Shown here in pieces: positions 1 to 8,600 of a stretch of DNA of 16,884 nt. How positions within the stretch are numbered: position 1 is the first letter of the stretch; each line of letters begins with the position of its first letter. The position numbers and the translations under genes were made by a program. The notes below the pieces were generated by a model. That model saw only the letters and a program-made list of their open reading frames with translations. It was not told where the DNA came from and ran no database searches. Source of the stretch: Candidatus Bilamarchaeaceae archaeon (GTDB lineage: Archaea > Micrarchaeota > Micrarchaeia > Anstonellales > Bilamarchaeaceae); assembly GCA_038870635.1 (NCBI GenBank), contig JAVZJR010000006.1, forward strand, positions 9,112 through 25,995. Direction: 5' to 3'.

Positions 1-197
1 GAACGAGGAGAGGAGAATCTCGGCCGTGGCCTTGCTGATTTTTTGTTAGAAAACGTTTTGCTGAGATTCGAACGAGGAGAGGAGAATCTCGGCCGTGGCC
101 TTGCTGATTTTTTGTTAGAAAACGTTTTGCTGAGATTCGAACGAGGAGAGGAGAATCTCGGCCGTGGCCTTGCTGATTTTTTGTTAGAAAACGTTTT
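1..197. repeat. Perfect 69-bp tandem repeat, about 2.9 copies visible (1-69, 70-138, 139-197), possibly truncated by the window start
   Basis: The unit gaacgaggagaggagaatctcggccgtggccttgctgattttttgttagaaaacgttttgctgagattc recurs identically at 1, 70 and 139 with no spacers. It is 46% GC (32/69), well above the flanking DNA. Confidence 0.97.
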
Positions 198-217
198 CTA
201 ATTTTTTACTTTTTTTA
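184..217 (+). terminator. Perfect 18-bp palindrome followed by T-tracts; candidate terminator or protein-binding site
   Basis: ttagaaaacgttttctaa (184-201) is its own reverse complement and is followed directly by ttttttacttttttta. Confidence 0.4.
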
Positions 218-652
218 TAAACCAGTCGATTTAACTTTTAGAAAATTCTGAATTATTTAATATTTTATGATATAGATGAAGTTGAATTTTTTTAATCTAT
301 AACTACCTACGGAGCATGGCGCCAAGACGTGAGATATAGAATAAATAAATTTTTTAGTTAGTTTTATCTTCTTAGGATGTGCGCCGCGCAAGTACTACTT
401 TTGTGTAGTGAGCTTGTCATAGGCCGTATTTTCGTTATAAACATCAACATCTTTATCTGTTTTGGTTTTGGCTGCACCTAAATAACTACTTTATTTTTGT
501 GTTCTATAAATTACCTCTTCAGTGTTATAAACACTGTCGTCCAGAAGTTTTTTCTATATACTCACTATATGTTTCATAACGCTGTTTTTACCTTTGCTTT
601 TTAACTTCTTATTCTAAATAATCGTACATTCTATTGAGCTATATTTTGTATT

Positions 653-1606
653 TTAATATGTAATTTTTAACTCATCATAGATTTGCACACTATCATAGTT
701 AATAATATATTTTCCAAACAAACTTCTTATTTCTCCAAGAATTTGTCTTAATCTTGTATGAGATTGAACCTCAATATCAAGTCCTACATCATATTTACCA
801 AGATATTTGACGTAATAAGTTATGTTTGGATTGCTCAATGCATATCTATATATTTTGGGTGTAATATTTACGTCTTTTAAGCTAATCATTACATTATAGT
901 AAGAATACCCTATTTTTTGTAGATTTATTCTTGGTCTAAATGTGAGAATAACTCCTTTGTTGACCAGTTCTTTTATTCTATATCGAACAGCCTCTGGTGT
1001 TAAACCAATATACTGGCTTATCTCAACATTACTAGCTCTTACATTTTGTTGCAAGAAATCAAGAATTTTGAAATCAGTTTCGTCGCAAAGGTTTTTCGGG
1101 GCCCCTTTATAAAAAACTTCATCTCTTTTCATAATCGGAAATTTTGTTATGAGATAATCTCTTCTTAGCGCGTGGTTTTCTGTAATAAAAATTATATCCC
1201 TCATATAGAGATACTGACCATACTTACTTAAAAAAGTATTAAAAAAATCTCCAAAATCAACTTCATTTTTGAACCAAACTATTATCATTAAATCATAGGT
1301 ACCTTCTGTCTTTGCAATCCATCCGACTTCCTTTATGCTTAGAAGATACTGAAGCAAATCACTCTCGATTTCATTTGTTATGCTCTGATATTTTAGTACT
1401 ATCTTGTAGCTCATCATACCTGTTTTGGTTGTATCGGGAATAAAATAGTAACCTTGTATTACGCCAAGTTTTTCAAGTCGTTTTAGTCTATAGTTAAACA
1501 CATCTTTATTCATTTTAAGCTTCTTAGCAAGTGCATTAATATTATCTCTTGCATAAAAATCTAATGCATAAATTATCTCAAAATCTTTAGCTTTTAATTT
1601 TTCCAT
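653..1606 (-). CDS. Tandem (double) Lrp/AsnC-family transcriptional regulator
   Basis: Two wHTH+RAM units: KDFEIIYALDFYARDNINALAKKLKMNKDVFNYRLKRLEKLGVI...EGTYDL and DETDFKILDFLQQNVRASNVEISQYIGLTPEAVRYRIKELVNKGVI...LGKYDV. Confidence 0.9.
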   Translation of the reverse strand: MEKLKAKDFEIIYALDFYARDNINALAKKLKMNKDVFNYRLKRLEKLGVIQGYYFIPDTTKTGMMSYKIVLKYQSITNEIESDLLQYLLSIKEVGWIAKTEGTYDLMIIVWFKNEVDFGDFFNTFLSKYGQYLYMRDIIFITENHALRRDYLITKFPIMKRDEVFYKGAPKNLCDETDFKILDFLQQNVRASNVEISQYIGLTPEAVRYRIKELVNKGVILTFRPRINLQKIGYSYYNVMISLKDVNITPKIYRYALSNPNITYYVKYLGKYDVGLDIEVQSHTRLRQILGEIRSLFGKYIINYDSVQIYDELKITY

Positions 1607-1700
1607 ATTTCAATTATAACAAATTAATTTTAAAAATTTTTGTTTTTTGATAAAATTTTTTCAATAATATTTATTTATAAGAAAATACCTAAGTTAACAT
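1607..1700. promoter_or_regulatory. Divergent promoter region with TATA-like boxes and an imperfect palindrome (candidate operator)
   Basis: tttata at 1674-1679 lies ~27 nt before ATG 1701 (leaderless-type spacing). ttttaaaa at 1628-1635 lies ~25 nt before the minus-strand start at 1606. ttgataaaattttttcaa (1647-1664) has 8 of 9 symmetric pairs complementary. Confidence 0.5.
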
Positions 1701-2780
1701 ATGGAACCAATATTTAACACTAATAAAGAACGTGCCGAGAGGTTGGGATTAAAACCAGCACCAACCATTAAAGGTTATTATTTTGATAAAGACGTAATTG
1801 CAGAAACAATTAGAAATAATATATTTTTTACAAAAGGTAAGGCTGAAAAACCAGCACTTCTAGGACTTTTTATTGAATCTGCTCCATTTTGCAACTTAAG
1901 ATGCCCGCACTGCTACACCGATGCTTTTAAAAGTAATGAAAAATTATCTTTAAATAGCTATAAATTAGAAATCTGGAAAAGAAATGTTGAAATTGCTAAA
2001 GAGTTTGGAATTAAATCTGTTGTTTTTGCAGGTCGTGGAGAACCACTGCTTGACCCGACTGTTGTAGAAATGTTAAAATATATAACAGATATCGGCCTAT
2101 GGGCAGTTGTGTTTACAAATAACACACAAATTGATATTAAAATTGCTGAAATGCTCTATAATCTTAATGTTTCTATTATAGCAAAACTTGGTTCACTTAA
2201 CCCAGAAAAACAGGATAAATTGGTTGGAAAAAAGGGTGCTCACATAAGTATCTATAAAGGATTAGCAAATTTGCTTCAAGTAGGTTTCAATAAAGAGGAG
2301 GGAAGACTTGGTATAGATGCTACAGTAATACGAAGCAACTTAGATGAATTATTGGATATATTTATATTTTGCAGAATTAACGGTATAATACCATACTTTG
2401 AATTTTTGATAGAAGAAGGAAGAGCAAGAAAATGGAAAGATTTTGCAGATGAAAATCTAACAAATGCAGAAAAAATAGAATTTTTTGAAAAGCTAAGAGA
2501 CATTGATGAAAAAGTATTTGGTTACTCGTGGGTAATAGAGGATGGTATATTCATACTGGCTTATGAACGATGCAATAAAGGAAAAACAATGATAACAATA
2601 AGGGACGATTTAAAAGTGGATTCTTGCGTAAATGTCTTTCAGGATGGATGGCTCGGGAGCTTAGAAAACTCTGATTTAAAATCAATATTAAACCGTCAGA
2701 ACATTGCAAAATTAATAAACGCAACAAATTGTTGCACAAAATGTGGTGTTATTAGAGAAATGCTACCTCAATCTATTTGA
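1701..2780 (+). CDS. Radical SAM enzyme with C-terminal Twitch/SPASM-like auxiliary Fe-S region
   Basis: CNLRCPHC (CxxxCxxC), GRGEPLL (GGE-motif variant), VFTN, and C-terminal RCNKGKTMITIRDDLKVDSC...GSL...NCCTKC. Confidence 0.92.
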   Translation: MEPIFNTNKERAERLGLKPAPTIKGYYFDKDVIAETIRNNIFFTKGKAEKPALLGLFIESAPFCNLRCPHCYTDAFKSNEKLSLNSYKLEIWKRNVEIAKEFGIKSVVFAGRGEPLLDPTVVEMLKYITDIGLWAVVFTNNTQIDIKIAEMLYNLNVSIIAKLGSLNPEKQDKLVGKKGAHISIYKGLANLLQVGFNKEEGRLGIDATVIRSNLDELLDIFIFCRINGIIPYFEFLIEEGRARKWKDFADENLTNAEKIEFFEKLRDIDEKVFGYSWVIEDGIFILAYERCNKGKTMITIRDDLKVDSCVNVFQDGWLGSLENSDLKSILNRQNIAKLINATNCCTKCGVIREMLPQSI

Positions 2781-2834
2781 CTTTGGTCAATTTTCTTCAT
2801 TAAGATGCCATTTTATTTAAAAAGAAGAAATTCT

Positions 2835-2972
2835 TTATTTTATGCTGTGGAAATAGCCTTCTTTATCTCTGGTAAATTTATGCCCGGCGATTTGACATAT
2901 CCAAACATCTCCATTTTGCTTTAAAGGAGAATACAATCCTTTTTGTATATGGCATTCTGGGCAGGTTGGCAT
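2835..2972 (-). CDS. 45-aa zinc-ribbon-like microprotein (absent from the ORF track)
   Basis: Hand translation: MPTCPECHIQKGLYSPLKQNGDVWICQIAGHKFTRDKEGYFHSIK*. It has CPxC plus CxxxxH metal knuckles and an upstream gaagtgatgtt RBS-like element, and it fills the gap between neighbouring genes. Confidence 0.8.
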   Translation of the reverse strand: MPTCPECHIQKGLYSPLKQNGDVWICQIAGHKFTRDKEGYFHSIK

Positions 2973-3046
2973 AACATCACTTCCTAATGGTCGCGGGAAA
3001 TATTAAATTATGATACTTTTTTAAAAGTGCTTGCTTGCATTTTTTT

Positions 3047-3760
3047 ATGCAAAAATTACGGGAATACTTGCGAGAAAAAGATGGGATTTACTTTATAGAT
3101 GATAAAAATAATCTTTACTATGAAAAAGAAAACGGAGAAATCGTAAAGCTATCTTTGTTTAGAGACCATTTTTACAACATAAGAATTTACAACAAGGTAC
3201 CTGTTCTTGAAATAGATGGGTTAAGAATGCAAGTTATGAAAGGTTTCAAAAATCCTCGTGAGTACTCTGAAAAAGTCATAAAAAATTTAGGCATAAAGAA
3301 AAAAAGTGTTGTTTTAGATACATGCATGGGTTTAGGTTATACTGCTTTAGCAGCAGCAAAAAGTGGTGCTATAGTGTTTACGATAGAATACAGCAGTGCT
3401 GTTATTGAACTTGCGAAGTATTGCCCACACAGCAAAGAGATTTTCAAAAATGATAATGTGTGTATTATAAATGGTGATGCCTCACAAGAGATAAAAAATA
3501 TTGATGATGGTTATTTTGATTTTGTGATTCACGACCCGCCAAGATTTACGCACGCCCCCCAACTTTACTCCCTTCAATTTTATAAAGAACTCAAAAGAGT
3601 TATGAAAAAAAGAGGAAGACTTTACCATTATGTTGGTTCTGTAGGTGCGAATAGGAAACGCCGTAATATTTGGGCCGAAATCACTATGAGGTTACGCCTC
3701 GCAGGTTTTATAGATATAAAGAGAGATCGCTTGCTACAAGGAATTTTTGCAAAGGCATAA
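3047..3760 (+). CDS. Class I SAM-dependent methyltransferase (archaeal COG2521-like)
   Basis: Motif I VLDTCMGLGYTA, TIE, GDA and FDFVIHDPPRF (DPPx motif). ATG 3047 is preferred over TTG 3035. Confidence 0.88.
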   Translation: MQKLREYLREKDGIYFIDDKNNLYYEKENGEIVKLSLFRDHFYNIRIYNKVPVLEIDGLRMQVMKGFKNPREYSEKVIKNLGIKKKSVVLDTCMGLGYTALAAAKSGAIVFTIEYSSAVIELAKYCPHSKEIFKNDNVCIINGDASQEIKNIDDGYFDFVIHDPPRFTHAPQLYSLQFYKELKRVMKKRGRLYHYVGSVGANRKRRNIWAEITMRLRLAGFIDIKRDRLLQGIFAKA

Positions 3761-3791
3761 GTTTATATTCTTCTTTTTCAATTAAATAAAT

Positions 3792-4733
3792 ATGGTAAAA
3801 GAAATATGTATGCTTATTTTGCTTTTTGCATTTTTTGGTTGTATTACTCAAGAAAAAGTAGAGAATAATGATAGCGAGCAGTATACAATTACACATAAAG
3901 ATTGCGAGGGTTGTTATACAGAAGAAAGCAGTAAATCAATAAACACAATAATCGTAGAAGATCAAAAAGACAGTACTACTCTAAATGAAACATTGATAAA
4001 CGTAACAGATAATAAAACAGAGATTATTGAGGAAGAAGAGCCTATCAAAAACACAACTCCTGACGAAGAAGTTGCTGACGATACTACTGAGAATGACATT
4101 CAAAAGGCAAGATGTAACGGTCCTTCTAATTACAGCAACATTTATACATCAGAAAAAGTAACTTATGACTATCGAGTTTATGAAGACGTATGTGTTAGAT
4201 GGGATACTGTGAAAAAGTTTTATTGTCAAAATGATACTTTAAAAGAAGCAAACCTCAATTGTCCACCTGGTTACTGGTGCCAGTATGGGGCGTGTGTTGA
4301 GTTTAGTGGTTCATGCACAGATTCTGATGGTAACGATACTTCTAAATTTGGATATGTTGATATTGTGACCTCTCCGTTTTCATCCAGGCGAGAGAGTGAT
4401 TCGTGTGTTGATGATATGAATCTGTACGAATGGGTGTGCAAAGAAAACGAAGGGGTTCAACTTTTGCTATCCTGCAAATCAGGTTTTAAATGTGTTGACG
4501 GGCGATGCGTAAAAAGCAAGTGTAAAGAGACAGATGAAGGCTTAGATCCCTTGGTTTTTGGTTCAACTTCAAACACGATGGAAACAGAAAATGATAAATG
4601 CATAGATGACAAGACGTTACGTGAATTCTACTGTTTTGGTGATTCAATACGTTATGTGGATATATTATGTGCAGATGAATGCATAGATAGCTCTTGCAAA
4701 CCAAAAGAGGGGGGCGGGGATGTACAAGGTTAA
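3792..4733 (+). CDS. Exported Cys-rich (lipo)protein with three 6-Cys repeat modules
   Basis: N-terminal hydrophobic stretch ending LLFAFFGC (lipobox-like). Acidic Thr-rich linker with several N-x-T/S sequons. Three modules of the type C-x-DSDG...D-x-C...L-x-E-x-x-C...C...C-x-x-G-x-C. Confidence 0.8.
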   Translation: MVKEICMLILLFAFFGCITQEKVENNDSEQYTITHKDCEGCYTEESSKSINTIIVEDQKDSTTLNETLINVTDNKTEIIEEEEPIKNTTPDEEVADDTTENDIQKARCNGPSNYSNIYTSEKVTYDYRVYEDVCVRWDTVKKFYCQNDTLKEANLNCPPGYWCQYGACVEFSGSCTDSDGNDTSKFGYVDIVTSPFSSRRESDSCVDDMNLYEWVCKENEGVQLLLSCKSGFKCVDGRCVKSKCKETDEGLDPLVFGSTSNTMETENDKCIDDKTLREFYCFGDSIRYVDILCADECIDSSCKPKEGGGDVQG

Positions 4734-5664
4734 GATAATAGATGAAAAGAAAAAAAACAATTTGATGGAGAAATATTATTCTAATAAGTTGTTTGAGCAT
4801 AAGGCAAACATTCATGGGGTATGTACAAAGATCTTTACTGATAATAAACAGATAGCTGAGATGTGGAAGGAGAATTTTGAGGAAATGCCAGAGTGGGTTA
4901 GACCACATACACGTATTTTTGCCATTTCTGATGGAAAACGTCTTGAAGTTCTTTACGAGCCAAATTCAAAAACTGTTTTTATCAAGAATTGCGATTATTA
5001 TGGTTGGATAAAAAGCATTGCACTTGGACTTGTAGCAGAGTTTATGGAAGACTTTTTCTCAGAGCATAGAAGATACTCCATTCATGGTTCTTTTATCGAT
5101 CATAATGGAAAAGGAATGGCTATAATAGGTCCATCAGGTTCTGGTAAAACTACCCTCACGTATGGTATATTACTTGATAGAAGCTATAATTTTCTTACAG
5201 ATGATTGGTTTTTTGTAAGACTATTCGATGATTCTATAAAGGTTTATTCTTCAGAGAAAAATTCTTATATAAGAAATGATCTTGCAACTAACTGGCCAAA
5301 GCTAAAAAATAAACTTGTAACTTTGACATTAGATAATAAACAGAGAGCAATAATCGATGTAAAGAAATTTTTTGGTGCAAAAAGAATCGTTTACGAATCT
5401 TCCTTGTGCTTAATCATCCTTCTGATAAGGGATAAAGAAATGCCATTTTTAACAAAATTAGATAGTAAGAAAGCAATAAAATTTATGATAGACAATGATT
5501 TTTGCAATCCTCATCAATTATTACGAACAAAAAATAAGATAGCACGCAGAAAGTCGTTCTTTATGAATATTTTCAAAAGAGTGCCAGTTTACCTTCTAAA
5601 TACAATAGAATCTCCGCAACAGTCTCTTGAAAGATTGAAAAAAATTGCTCGAGACTATCTCTAA
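4720..5664 (+). CDS. HPr kinase/phosphorylase-related P-loop kinase
   Basis: IHGSFIDHNGKGMAIIGPSGSGKTT (His plus Walker A) and FLTDDW (DD motif) match the HPrK/PEPCK-type fold. Overlaps the upstream gene by 14 nt and has a G-rich RBS. Confidence 0.82.
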   Translation: MYKVKIIDEKKKNNLMEKYYSNKLFEHKANIHGVCTKIFTDNKQIAEMWKENFEEMPEWVRPHTRIFAISDGKRLEVLYEPNSKTVFIKNCDYYGWIKSIALGLVAEFMEDFFSEHRRYSIHGSFIDHNGKGMAIIGPSGSGKTTLTYGILLDRSYNFLTDDWFFVRLFDDSIKVYSSEKNSYIRNDLATNWPKLKNKLVTLTLDNKQRAIIDVKKFFGAKRIVYESSLCLIILLIRDKEMPFLTKLDSKKAIKFMIDNDFCNPHQLLRTKNKIARRKSFFMNIFKRVPVYLLNTIESPQQSLERLKKIARDYL

Positions 5665-8600
5665 TCATCTTTATCATTTTTTTTCAACACGGTTCTAGAG
5701 AATGGTTTGTTTTTGTTTTTTTGTAGCATGTAGAACGCCAACACCCCTATTAAAATCAAAGAAGCGGCCAGAATATACCACATTGTGTTTGCATTTCCTT
5801 TTGTTTTATTTATCTCATCAATTAAAATATTCGCTCCTACTATTGTTTTTATGTAATTCTTTTTATTATACATTTCTTTTAGTTCATTGAGCTTTTTTGT
5901 TAATCCATTTAGCTGCTCCACTGAAAGTTCATTCTTTTTATTTTCAATATCATTCTCTGCTTCTTTTATCTTTCTGTATGCGCTTGATGAAAGCATTTCT
6001 AAAGTAGAATTCATATCCTTAATCGCAGGGATTAGAACGTCATTTATGCTGCTGTTTGCGTTTTCAATATCGCCATTTTTTATGTACTTTTCTATAGCAG
6101 TTATTGTATTTTTTACTTTTTCTGGTTTTGTGTTGAATAATTTTTCAAGGTCAGATTTTAGAGAGTCTTTGTATTCTGTTTCATACTTTAAGAGTAGGGG
6201 CTGGGCTGCATCTTTTAATTCATTGAAATTTTTGCTTAATTCTTCTAATGTTTTTTCTTTTGCTAACTTGGAGCTAGAATGCAAATTGTCTAATTCAAGC
6301 AGGTCAATAAGCACTGCGATTCCGTCTTCTGCTTTTTGTGTGGCCAGAAGTACATTTATATCTTCCTCGGTTTTCTTTAGAAGTGTTTGTGCTTCACTTA
6401 TACCAGTCATTTCTCTTTTATAACTTTCATATTTTTTTTGAGCCTCTTTTGCGATTGAGTTTATTTCTTTACTCAGCCAATTCTCATCTATTGCTTTAAG
6501 TTTGTCTACTGCTTTTTGTATCTCTTCCAATGATGCGTTATCATCAATTGTTGTTTCATTTAAAATAGATAAAAGAAATTCTTTTCGTGTTCTAAATTTA
6601 ATCGTTTGACTGTGGTTTTCAAGATTACCTGTTTGTGCTTTTTCTAATGCTTTTTGTAAATCTTCAATCTCTCTTTTTGTTTTTCTACTAAGTTCATAAT
6701 ATTCCTTTAGTAGTTTTGCTTTATTTTTTTCTAATTCTAAATTTTTCTTTTTTATTTCCTCTACTTTAGCCAGAGCTGCGTCTTCTTTACCATTTTTGAG
6801 AAGGTTTTCTGCCTCGTTTGCCAAGTTAACTATCTCTTGTTCTTTTGAGTTTTTATATTTATAAATTTCAAAAAGAACGTATTCACTAATGTTGCTTATC
6901 GTATAAGATACTAAAATGGTTGCATCTATTCCTTTTTTGAGGTCTTGTAGAAATATTGTATAGCCATAACCATTTTGTTGTTTTACACATTTATGCACTC
7001 CGCAATTTATTGACACCGAAGAAGCTATACCGCTATCGATGTTTAGCGGTACTTCTTCTAAATCTATGAGTGGTGTTATCATTACCCTATAACTTACTGT
7101 TGCTTTGCTATCTTTTGTTGCTATCTCTGCATCTGTTCTTTCTTCTTTGTAAGCATTATTCATAATATACTCTGTTTTTATCGTGTGCACTCCACTGTTT
7201 AGTTTTCTTAATGGGTCCCCATTATCTATTGTTACTCCTTCTATTTGTGGAAGTTTTATTTGGGCATTATCTAATGATAACATTATAACTCTTGTTTCTT
7301 TTACTGCTGCTTTTTCATAACCAAGTCCTTTTGCTTTCATTTCTGTACTTTTTGTAGTTGCCAAAACAATTTTTTTCTTGAATGTGATTGTTTTTCTATC
7401 AAAAGGTTCTATTGATTTCAATATGATGTAAAGGGTTTTCCCATTTGTTTGAATGTTTAATACATCTTCGCTGCCTGAAACTATATCAGAGTAATAAAAT
7501 TTGAATTCACCTTCTAATTGAATTGATATTTTTATATTTTTTCCACCATACTTTTGCGGGTTATAGATAGAAACTGTATAAGTTATCTCCGTAGGTTCAT
7601 CTATGTTTACTGGCGGCATAATCAAAGATGGCTCGATTATGAGTTGATTTGTAATAGCAGCATTTTTCTTTTCTATGTTACTTTCTAAGTCTTCATTTAT
7701 CTCATCGTACTTTTTGTTAAGTTCATTTAGTTTTCCTACTGCAGAAAGCCAATCTATGCTACCATCTTCTTTAACTATTCCTCTTTCTGAGTTTTTCATT
7801 TCATCGAGAAGATCGCTTGCACCAGCAGCTTTTAGTTTTTCTTCTAATTCTTTTCTCTTTTTTTCTAAGTCATAAAATCTAGATTTTATTCTATTCTCCA
7901 ATTCATCTTTTATTTCCTGGAGTAATTCCATCTCATTTGCAGGTCTGTTATTTTTTATTACATCAATTTCAATTTTTAGATCATCGACATAAATGCCATC
8001 TTTTTTAGCATTTTCTATTAATTTTTCCAGCTCAGCGATTTTCTTTTTATACTCTTCATCATAATCTGCACTTTTTGTTGGTGCAGAAACAAGAGCTATT
8101 GTAATTGCCTCTACATATTTTTTGTATTTTAAGCCCAACACAGTTTCTTTATCTCCGTTTTTGAGCGCTTCGGTCGCATTACTCAGTTGTTTTTCTATTG
8201 CAGTTTCGCTGTATCCTAAGTTTTTCATCTGTGTTTTTACATTTTCTATTGTTGCCTTAGCACTAACTCTCTTTTCATCTACAATATTTTGCGCATCTTG
8301 TAGAAGAATTTCTGAATTATTATTTATTAAATGGTAGCTTTCATTAGCTTTTTTCATATCTCTTATTCCTATCAATAAATAGTCTTGTACTTTTGAGGAA
8401 TGGATTTTTTTTGCGTTCTCGTAGTAAGTATCTGCTTCTTTTTTGCTATCTGCTAAGGACTCCCACCTCTCTGAAATTTTTCCGCTTTTTATGTTGTCAA
8501 TACTTTCAAATGTTACGCTTTCAGTTATTAAATCTAATTTTTGTTTTTCTAATTTTTTGTAAGCGTTATCCACCAAAAACTTTTCTTGATTTGCATCATC

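Noticed and set aside
55..145. tRNA gene on the minus strand (GTTCGAATC T-loop-like motif)
   Set aside because: The bases flanking the motif do not form a T-stem, and I could not build a cloverleaf.
1..197. CRISPR array
   Set aside because: Units are identical end to end with no unique spacers, and there are no cas genes in the window.
653..2780. Alternative heme pathway (AhbAB/NirDL siroheme decarboxylase with AhbC/D radical SAM)
   Set aside because: The Lrp-like protein lacks the H-x-Y-x-R motifs of siroheme decarboxylases and has regulator-type G-x-YD motifs. No other tetrapyrrole genes are present.
2777..2790. ttgac-tttg-gtcaa hairpin at the radical SAM stop codon as a terminator
   Set aside because: Only a 5-bp stem, which is expected by chance in AT-rich DNA.
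2276..4908. Short minus-strand ORFs 2276-2503, 2551-2739, 3708-3896 and 4486-4908
   Set aside because: Antisense to well-supported genes, with no motifs.
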